DNA of 43,510 nucleotides from Escherichia phage vB_EcoP_ZX6: sequence record MZ424864.1; one strand, 5' to 3'. Shown piece by piece: positions 37,210 to 43,510 of this stretch (position 1 is its first letter; each line of letters starts with the position of its first letter). The notes under the pieces were generated by a model. It saw only the letters and a program-made list of their open reading frames with translations, ran no database searches and was not told where the DNA came from. The position numbers and the translations under genes were made by a program.

Positions 37210-38261
37210 CCCTCCACAATATTATCGTATCCGCCCCAGTCTTCTACTACTCGGGTGCCCAGTTCAATCAGTTCTTCTTTGAAGCCGTAATCGGAGAACA
37301 CCATGATGTACTCCGCCGCCTTCTCTGGGTTCTCCTGCACCCAGCTAACAAGTTGTTGTTTAGAAAGCTGTGACACTACGCGGAACGCAGCCAGCAATTG
37401 CGGGTCCTCGTCCGGGGGCATGTCCCACGGCTGCCGTAAACTGAGCGTTGGCGCAGAGAGCCATTGGTCTGGTTCTACTACCATAGGATCCCGCTCAATA
37501 GGAAGGTGCGAGAACGTGCCGTCTTGTAGTACCCGCTCAAGCACTTGCCCCAGGATGTTCAGGTCCAGTACCTCATCCGGGGTGTGCTCGTGCATGTACC
37601 CTACACCGACGTTGGTGCACTCGGGAATGATGCCAACGAACTCTGCTGAGTCAGTATATACCCCCTTCTGTAAGTGCTGCTCCGTGCGTCCCAGGCGCTC
37701 TGCTAGGGTCTTGGCAAAGGTGTCAGAGCAGCATCGCATATACCGTTGGTGCGTAATGATTCCGTCGCCGCGTCGGTCGAAGCTAATCATTGCCTTGACA
37801 CCAGTCCAAAACCCGGTGTTGTCCTTGACCGATGCAGCGCTACCCTCGCAGCCTACCTCTTCATCCACGAAGAAGCAGTAGCGTCCGTGCACACCCCGCC
37901 GCAGCATCTCCAGCATCAGGTAGATACCGGCACCGCAGTCCGCACCTAAACAGTCAGCCTGCTGCGGATTATTTACGAACAGTACACCCTTGTTAGTGCA
38001 GCCGACGTCCGGCGCAGCGCTGGTTGCGCGCGCCACTGTGTCGAGATGAGACGTAAACGCTACGTCACTTTGCTCTGAGTCCCCCACCAGCACGAAGTAG
38101 TTCCCGTGCTTGTCCTTTACGTAGTGCATACCACTACCCAGCGCCTGTAGCGACTGCATAAGCAGCGGCTCGAACCACTTAGTGCTGCCCCAGCTAGGCC
38201 GGTGCGTTCGCAGTATCTGCGAGAGCAGCTGCATATCAATCCCGTGAGGATTCAAGAACAT
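37206..38261 (-). CDS. putative zinc metallopeptidase (M20/M28-like metal-binding pattern)
   Basis: 351 aa. Ordered motifs ..AFTSHLDTV.., ..LGADCGAGI.., ..FFVDEEVGCEGS.., ..YMHEHTPDE.. resemble the His/Asp/Glu-Glu/His ligand arrangement of co-catalytic metallopeptidases. Recalled pattern, not a search. Confidence 0.5.
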   Translation of the reverse strand: MFLNPHGIDMQLLSQILRTHRPSWGSTKWFEPLLMQSLQALGSGMHYVKDKHGNYFVLVGDSEQSDVAFTSHLDTVARATSAAPDVGCTNKGVLFVNNPQQADCLGADCGAGIYLMLEMLRRGVHGRYCFFVDEEVGCEGSAASVKDNTGFWTGVKAMISFDRRGDGIITHQRYMRCCSDTFAKTLAERLGRTEQHLQKGVYTDSAEFVGIIPECTNVGVGYMHEHTPDEVLDLNILGQVLERVLQDGTFSHLPIERDPMVVEPDQWLSAPTLSLRQPWDMPPDEDPQLLAAFRVVSQLSKQQLVSWVQENPEKAAEYIMVFSDYGFKEELIELGTRVVEDWGGYDNIVEG

Positions 38262-39931
38262 TAAGCTGCCCCCTCTACTTCTTCTTCGTCATCGTTGCCC
38301 AGGTACTTCTCTCCCAAGCAATCAGCTGCATACTCAGTGAGAATTAACCCGTGCACTGGGTGTTCTTCTGCGTGCTCAATAAGCACCTGCCGGTCCTGTG
38401 CATACACCAGTTCTTCTTGGTCGTGCACTACCCCTTCTACCGAACAGTGCTCAATGTCCGCGTCATATACATAGGCGTCGTGGTAATCAGACCAGGTGCA
38501 GCTCCAGCGATTATGCAGCCCTTCTCGGCCAACTACGTATACAAACTCCCCCTCTTCGACGCAGCCGTCGCAGACCATTTCATCGCCTGCGGTTTCGTGC
38601 ATATCATCAGTGGGGTAACGCCCCTCGCAGCAGCAGCACCTAGCAGACTCTGTACCTACGTAAATGTACCCTTCGGATTCCTGCGCCCCGTACTCGTAGT
38701 CGTCACGTATTACAAAGGCGTCACTGCCTTCTTCGTCTACGCCACACTGGCTGCTATCGAGATATGGCATCAGCACTGCGCCGTTGTAGGTTGGGTGCGG
38801 TATGCGCGCCAGCATTACCCCTTCGAGACATTCAGTGTTTCTGGTGTAACCATGACCGCGCATGATTGCATCCGCAGCATTACCGTAAGCACGGACGTAC
38901 TCGTTAGTCTCAGTGTTAACGATTGCTCGTGCCTGCACTTCGAAATCGTCACCGAACAGCTCCCCGGTGTACTGGATGAATAGGCGCAGCCCATTATCCG
39001 GCAGCCCGTGGCTGGTGGTAGCGTACGTCCGCACAGGGCTATGCTCAAAGGAGTACCCGCTCATGCAGCTACCCGGGCCATTCTCGTAGGCGTCGTACCA
39101 TTCCTGCTCGGTCTTGCACAGGTACGTTGTCGGGTCTACGTTCATAGCCTTGAGGTCTTCGATAGCATCGCGGAAGTCTACGCCGTTGCCGTAGTAGTTA
39201 GCTAGCCACTTACCTACACGCATCTCTACACAACGGTACTCAGTAACTGCGGCGAAGTCCTTGTGCATCCGCGGCTGCCCCAGCATCACGATGGGCTCTC
39301 CGTTGCGGAAACCAAAGCCCAACGGCACAGCGAATCTAGACACTACGAAACCGTGCAACTTCATGAGCAGCGCAGCGGCGTTGCCATCGCGGATGTGTCT
39401 GCCGTAATCGTAGCCAGTATATAAGCGGCGCTGCTGCTCTTCTGGCGCAAGCATAATGCGCTCAAATAACTGCACGGCCTGCTTGTGCACCTTGTAACCG
39501 GTGAACTCTTCTACACTAGCAACTACGCGCTCAACCACTACATCATCGCCATCATAGAAGTCGCGGCGGCGCTCCCAGAACTTGCTGTCGATGGCGATTC
39601 GCGCCGGGGAAAAGAGTTCGTAGAAAGTTCCAGACCGGTACAAGTCCACCTTTTGCAACGGGCCGCGAGTCATCATTACTTCGTGATACTCTGGGTGCAG
39701 TATCCCGCCTATAGTTACCTCTAATCCCGGGGTGTACGCGCTAACAGCACGGAGACCCATAAGCGCCTGCAGCGGGCCCTCAGTGTGGGGATGGTCAGCG
39801 CCCAGCATTTGCAAGTCCTGGAACGGGGTCCAGTAATCACCGCTGGAATACATCGATTCTTTCATTGGCAGTGCGTTTGCACCTTCCGGTAATACGATTT
39901 TCCACGGTATGCCAGCCGGATTAGTTTGCAT
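38261..39931 (-). CDS. large early protein of unknown function (~556 aa) with C-terminal Cys cluster and acidic tail
   Basis: Track ORF extends to 40228 (655 aa), but the first 99 codons overlap the 114-aa ORF and look non-coding. ATG at 39931 is preceded by AGGAG with a 9-nt spacer. Contains ..ESARCCCCEGRYPTDDMHETAGDEMVCDGCVEEGEF.. and ends ..NDDEEEVEGAA. No family recognised. Confidence 0.6.
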   Translation of the reverse strand: MQTNPAGIPWKIVLPEGANALPMKESMYSSGDYWTPFQDLQMLGADHPHTEGPLQALMGLRAVSAYTPGLEVTIGGILHPEYHEVMMTRGPLQKVDLYRSGTFYELFSPARIAIDSKFWERRRDFYDGDDVVVERVVASVEEFTGYKVHKQAVQLFERIMLAPEEQQRRLYTGYDYGRHIRDGNAAALLMKLHGFVVSRFAVPLGFGFRNGEPIVMLGQPRMHKDFAAVTEYRCVEMRVGKWLANYYGNGVDFRDAIEDLKAMNVDPTTYLCKTEQEWYDAYENGPGSCMSGYSFEHSPVRTYATTSHGLPDNGLRLFIQYTGELFGDDFEVQARAIVNTETNEYVRAYGNAADAIMRGHGYTRNTECLEGVMLARIPHPTYNGAVLMPYLDSSQCGVDEEGSDAFVIRDDYEYGAQESEGYIYVGTESARCCCCEGRYPTDDMHETAGDEMVCDGCVEEGEFVYVVGREGLHNRWSCTWSDYHDAYVYDADIEHCSVEGVVHDQEELVYAQDRQVLIEHAEEHPVHGLILTEYAADCLGEKYLGNDDEEEVEGAA

Positions 39932-39980
39932 TTTAATTTGCTCCTGAATAGATTCAATGAGTTCGTCGTTAACTGCTAAG

Positions 39981-40325
39981 TCAGCGTGCGTACCACGCAG
40001 CGAGCTGTCTTTGCTTATGATACGAGCGCACAGCCGCCCTAAATCTTGTATAAGCTCCACGATATCCGTACCGTAGTAGTGCTGTAACCACATCCAATTC
40101 GATCTGCTCTTGCAACTTCCGCGCGGCAGATTCTGTATACTCCCGGTACGTGGTGAGCACCACCGTTGAGTCCTGCTTACGAACTCGGAGGAGTCTACGC
40201 TCGACCGGTACGATTTGCTTGAGTTCATTAGGGACCTCTTTGAATGTTTCCCAAGTGCAGCCGCACTTGCCCTGCGTTTCCAGCAGGGCCCAGCACAGCA
40301 GCGCTGTTTCGTCTACTGTTAGCAT
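39981..40325 (-). CDS. hypothetical early protein (114 aa)
   Basis: Protein-like composition; contains CWALLETQGKCGCTWE; adjacent to the upstream small ORF. Confidence 0.45.
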   Translation of the reverse strand: MLTVDETALLCWALLETQGKCGCTWETFKEVPNELKQIVPVERRLLRVRKQDSTVVLTTYREYTESAARKLQEQIELDVVTALLRYGYRGAYTRFRAAVRSYHKQRQLAAWYAR

Positions 40326-40522
40326 ACGCTGTCCTTGAATACCGCGTTGCGGGCCACGAGTACGGACTGACTGTACAGCAATACAAACATGCCATCAAAT
40401 GCACAGTCTTTCAAGTACACACCAAGATATGAACTGTACCACTCCGCCGGGTTAGTTAGTGGTGCGTCAACCGCTATACGGTAGTACGTCCCGCGCAGGT
40501 TGTATACGTCATACTTAATCAT
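40319..40522 (-). CDS. hypothetical early protein (67 aa)
   Basis: Small ORF; start overlaps the stop of the hand-translated 57-aa ORF upstream (ATGA). Confidence 0.45.
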   Translation of the reverse strand: MIKYDVYNLRGTYYRIAVDAPLTNPAEWYSSYLGVYLKDCAFDGMFVLLYSQSVLVARNAVFKDSVC

Positions 40523-40525
40523 ATT

Positions 40526-40698
40526 ACACCCCGCACATTAAACCGGTAGCAATATCCGCGCAGGGTCATACCCAGGCGCTGCGCTTGTTTCTCATAGTGC
40601 TGGCGCAGTGCTGCCTTCGCGCTGTACTCCCGCGCCAACCCTTCGATTGTTGGTTGCTGCTTACGCATCAGCAGCGTCTCAGGATTCTTTCCGTGCAT
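40526..40698 (-). CDS. small hypothetical early ORF (57 aa), hand-translated
   Basis: Hand translation: MHGKNPETLLMRKQQPTIEGLAREYSAKAALRQHYEKQAQRLGMTLRGYCYRFNVRGVI. ATG preceded by GAGGTAGGT. Not in ORF track (<60 aa). Confidence 0.35.
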
Positions 40699-40705
40699 AC
40701 CTACC

Positions 40706-40969
40706 TCAAATATCGTTGTTGCTCTTACCGTCCACAGTGAGCGTCACGGCGGCGTCCGGGTACTGCTCCTGCACCGCCGCAAGGATACGCGCGCCCAGCT
40801 CTTTGCAGCCGCCGTCCGGGTCCTCAAATAGGTCGTACTCGGGGCGCGGCTGCGGTTCTTGCGTTGCCGGTTGCTGCAACTGCACTGTGCAATAGGGCAC
40901 CGGGTTGTTTACGTCATTGCCCAGCACCAGCATAGCGCTGGTCACAATGATGTTGAACACGTTAACCAT
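40706..40969 (-). CDS. hypothetical early protein (~87 aa)
   Basis: Track ORF 40706..40999; likely start is an internal Met (MVNVF..) overlapping the upstream stop. Mildly acidic C-terminal half. Confidence 0.45.
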   Translation of the reverse strand: MVNVFNIIVTSAMLVLGNDVNNPVPYCTVQLQQPATQEPQPRPEYDLFEDPDGGCKELGARILAAVQEQYPDAAVTLTVDGKSNNDI

Positions 40970-41195
40970 AAAGTTGTCTCCAGTCGTTGATAATGCCAAG
41001 ATTCACGGCGTCCAGCACAGTGCGGGCAGCCATTTCGGTGTAGGTATCCACAAATTCTAAAGGGGATTCCTGATTGGTGTCTTTGTCAGAGAATATAACC
41101 ACAGTGTAGTTGTATTCCTCGTAGACCCGATTGCACCACACGGGCCAGAGTTCATGGCCCGGATAAACCAATATAGCTTTCATATGAAACCTCAT
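40962..41195 (-). CDS. hypothetical early protein (73-77 aa)
   Basis: Second in-frame ATG (~41183) is preceded by GAGG, so the true start may be Met5. Acidic. Confidence 0.45.
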   Translation of the reverse strand: MRFHMKAILVYPGHELWPVWCNRVYEEYNYTVVIFSDKDTNQESPLEFVDTYTEMAARTVLDAVNLGIINDWRQLYG

Positions 41196-41207
41196 ACGCT
41201 AGTTGCA

Positions 41208-41239
41208 TTCACATAGCGCCCCGTAGGACGCTATAGGCT
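41208..41239 (-). promoter_or_regulatory. conserved intergenic hairpin element (copy A)
   Basis: Plus strand ttcacATAGCGCCCcgtaGGACGCTATaggct; about 30 nt match a second copy at 41991-42022 with 4 differences. Confidence 0.4.
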
Positions 41240-41372
41240 TGCTACTATACGTACTCACCCAATCCCTCGTACACCCATTTTTGAGCGATTGCCCGCATAG
41301 GGATATCGAAGGCGTCGGAATCGTTGGCCGCAGGGCACAAGGCCCACCACTTGATAACCGGTACTTTATAAA

Positions 41373-41948
41373 TTATGCCGCGGCCTTCAACGTCGCGTCC
41401 AGTACAGCGCGTACATCCACGCCCTGCGATACCAGCATAGACACAAGGTCAGCATCGCTTACACCAGTCTCTTTGGCCTTCTTGATAGCGTTTCTAACGC
41501 GCCCCAGCGCTTGCAGGCGCACTGAATCGGCATCCAGTGCGTCATTCTTCACCTGCTCCGCTTCGGCGGCGTACAGGGCCATACAGGAGCTATAAAAGCT
41601 GGCTACGATAACCTCGCGGCCCTGCTTGTCAGCTTGTTTGTAGTCCAGACGCATAGTGTCCAGTTCGATGCACAGCCTCTCGGCCGAGGCGTAGCACTTC
41701 TTCGCATTGAACTCGTACTTACCGGACTCTTTATTGAACTTGATAGGCAGCAGAGTGCGCAGCACCATATCGAAGTCGGCGGCATCACTGCGCTGCATAT
41801 CCGTAGCCCATGAGACGTTGCTGCTAATCAGGCCGTGAAACAGCGCGCTGATAGTGATATTACGCTTTGCTTCCACTACGTCGCCAAGCGCTTTGCGAAT
41901 GCTGCCCGCAGCGGTGAGCTTGAATACTTTACCAGTTGAATGAGTCAT
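41373..41948 (-). CDS. hypothetical early protein (191 aa)
   Basis: Well-formed ORF with mixed helical composition, preceded by a conserved hairpin element; no motif recognised. Confidence 0.55.
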   Translation of the reverse strand: MTHSTGKVFKLTAAGSIRKALGDVVEAKRNITISALFHGLISSNVSWATDMQRSDAADFDMVLRTLLPIKFNKESGKYEFNAKKCYASAERLCIELDTMRLDYKQADKQGREVIVASFYSSCMALYAAEAEQVKNDALDADSVRLQALGRVRNAIKKAKETGVSDADLVSMLVSQGVDVRAVLDATLKAAA

Positions 41949-41990
41949 AATGCACCTCGTTTATTGTTGGTTGTTTACTTATCGAATTAC

Positions 41991-42022
41991 TTCACATAGC
42001 ACCCCATAGGGTGCTATAGGCT
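41991..42022 (-). promoter_or_regulatory. conserved intergenic hairpin element (copy B)
   Basis: Plus strand ttcacATAGCACCCcataGGGTGCTATaggct; perfect 9-bp stem with 4-nt loop, same flanks as copy A. Confidence 0.4.
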
Positions 42023-42026
42023 GTAA

Positions 42027-42242
42027 TTAACGTCCGAATTGTCCGGCAGTGTACCAACCTTGCGGAGCCTTGCTGCTACCCTTTGTTTTGGTCTTACCGC
42101 GTACATTCGTACTGAATGTAGCGGATTGCTTTGTCCGCATATACCCGGCGCGGTTCAATGCGTCCCGGCGCTTTCTCAACTCGGGACCGGATAGCTTCTC
42201 CAGCCCCTCGAATTGTTGTTTCAACTTATCTTTGTATTTCAT
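42027..42242 (-). CDS. hypothetical early protein (71 aa), basic
   Basis: First ORF downstream of the promoter cluster; ATG preceded by AAGGTG; Lys/Arg-rich (possible nucleic-acid binder). Confidence 0.5.
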   Translation of the reverse strand: MKYKDKLKQQFEGLEKLSGPELRKRRDALNRAGYMRTKQSATFSTNVRGKTKTKGSSKAPQGWYTAGQFGR

Positions 42243-42513
42243 ATTGCACCTTAAAGTTAATGATTAACGCCCTAGCAGTATTTAGCAGGACGCTAACTCT
42301 TAACCTTGTTACCCACTGCACTACCGTGGAACCTGTGGTTCAGGTCTCGGCGCTATTCTTTTAAGGGGCAGCGCCTCAGCGCCCCAGCCGTTTGTCGTCT
42401 CAGCTCTTGACGTTACATCTTTACTACTACTGATTGTCTAGGATTGGTCGTCATTGCACCAGTCAAGGTGCTGGGCCTCCCCGCAAACCAGCTTACTACG
42501 TTGTTCGCTATCT

Positions 42514-42542
42514 AAGTTACTCAGTGAATCCGAACTTGTCAA
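42514..42542 (-). promoter_or_regulatory. candidate host sigma70 early promoter
   Basis: Minus strand TTGACA, 17-nt spacer, TAACTT. Confidence 0.3.
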
Positions 42543-42596
42543 GCGTTTATTTCTTACTGCCTTACTGCTTACTCTGTACTACTTGCTTCGGGATTC

Positions 42597-42625
42597 AATC
42601 TAGCTTATGTTCTTCGCGGTGTCAA
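42597..42625 (-). promoter_or_regulatory. candidate host sigma70 early promoter
   Basis: Minus strand TTGACA, 17-nt spacer, TAGATT. Confidence 0.35.
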
Positions 42626-42727
42626 CTCTTTTTATCGAGTGTCTAACCCTTCACACTATCTAGCTTTAATCCAGCGGAGCCTCCCGGCTCGGCCCCGGTT
42701 AGCACCTCAGCGCCTCCCGGTGATTGA

Positions 42728-42757
42728 ACTATAGCCCCATTGAACCAAAAGAAGCAA
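42728..42757 (-). promoter_or_regulatory. candidate host sigma70 early promoter
   Basis: Minus strand TTGCTT, 18-nt spacer, TATAGT. Confidence 0.3.
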
Positions 42758-42829
42758 GTACTTTTTGCAAATATTTATCCCTAAGAGCAAAAAGGGTAAG
42801 CAGGTCATGCACTTACCATGCTAAACCAA

Positions 42830-43450
42830 TCTAGGGATAGCGCAGGGATAGCACTATGCAGGCAATAGCTGTAGCCACTACTAGCCAATACTACCTAACA
42901 CTATCTAATACTACATAAAGCAGAACGCAGTGTCCGTACGCAGTGTAAGGACACGGAGTGATGCGGTGACTGTGTAGGTATGTCAGCCTACTGCGTAGGC
43001 ACAGGGACATACTAGTGAGTACTAGTGAGTGCATAGTGAGTAGTAGTGTATATAGTGTCCCTAAACCCCTCCTACTCCGGTTACTTCATTTCATAATAGC
43101 TTTCGAATGAAAGTAAGAGCAAAGGGATAGCATTGGGATAGCGCTGGAGTGTGGAAGTGCGCCCTAGTGGGGAGCGCGCAGCGTAGCACATAATCGGCAC
43201 AATGTAAAGCACTATGGATAGCCCTAGCGATAGCCTAGTATGTACTAGGGATAGCACTACAGCGCACTAGCTGGCCCACTGTGGCCCCACTACTGGCACA
43301 CTAGGCAGGCACTAGGCAGGCCCACTGGACAGGCACAAAATAAGCAAGGCAGAGCGCCCCTCTATGGCCCACAGAGAGCGCACAGGAGGCGCCCTAGTGA
43401 ACGCACAGGGATAGCCATAGGGTAGCACTAGCAATAGCCCTAGCGCAGCG
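42830..43450. repeat. dispersed array of GGGATAGC-type 8-bp motifs and short tandem repeats in terminal non-coding DNA
   Basis: GGGATAGC or one-mismatch variants at ~42835, 42846, 43124, 43135, 43216, 43226, 43249, 43408, 43418, 43430; tandem ACTAGTGAGT x2 (~43011-43030); CACTAGGCAGG x2 (~43300-43322); GCGCACTAGCTGGCCC at ~43263 and ~43477. Confidence 0.5.
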
Positions 43451-43510
43451 CAGAGAGCCACTGAGGCCCGCTGGTGCGCACTAGCTGGCCCTAGCATGCC
43501 CCACCCAGTG

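Noticed and set aside
39932-40228. N-terminal 99 codons of the 655-aa track ORF
   Set aside because: This extension overlaps the 114-aa ORF in another frame and has a Ser/Arg/Cys-rich non-protein-like composition. The ATG at ~39931 has a canonical AGGAG RBS, so the extension is probably not translated.
42830-43500. Possible CRISPR array suggested by repeated short motifs
   Set aside because: Repeats are only 8-16 bp, irregularly spaced and partly tandem, with no uniform repeat-spacer periodicity and no cas genes. Interpreted as terminal or regulatory repeats instead.
1-43510. Integrase, excisionase, repressor or attachment-site signatures (temperate lifestyle)
   Set aside because: No tyrosine or serine recombinase motifs or CI-like repressors were recognised in any frame; the layout is that of a strictly lytic T7-like phage.

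Overview
The window looks like a complete or near-complete ~43.5 kb genome of a T7-supergroup podophage (Autographiviridae), shown in reverse orientation: every credible gene is on the minus strand. Reading the minus strand from 43510 down to 1: (i) ~1.2 kb of repeat-rich non-coding DNA with three tandem sigma70-like promoters (42.3-43.5 kb); (ii) early genes of unknown function, including a ~556-aa Cys-cluster protein next to a putative metallopeptidase (36.5-42.2 kb); (iii) a replication module with primase, DnaB-like helicase, family A DNA polymerase, metallophosphoesterase, 5'-3' exonuclease and endonuclease VII, interrupted by HNH endonuclease genes (25.4-36.5 kb); (iv) a single-subunit RNA polymerase directly upstream of the structural genes (22.3-24.8 kb), which is the phiKMV-like layout rather than the T7 layout; (v) portal, scaffold, capsid, a strong intrinsic terminator, tail tube A/B, three internal virion proteins, tail fibre and terminase small/large (3.9-21.2 kb); (vi) a lysis cassette read as candidate unimolecular spanin, pinholin and SAR endolysin, followed by a terminal tailspike gene (0.16-3.1 kb). 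From memory this gene order and the roughly 55% GC resemble KP34-like Klebsiella phages, but that is unverified. No integrase, tRNA or CRISPR array was recognised. Nothing here is demonstrably a new system from sequence alone; the best candidates for follow-up are the early Cys-cluster protein/peptidase pair, the atypical lysis cassette, a conserved intergenic hairpin pair with a compensatory base change, and the GGGATAGC repeat array near one genome end. Coordinates of starts I refined by hand may be off by a few bp, because my base-level indexing disagreed with the ORF track by 1 nt in a few places.
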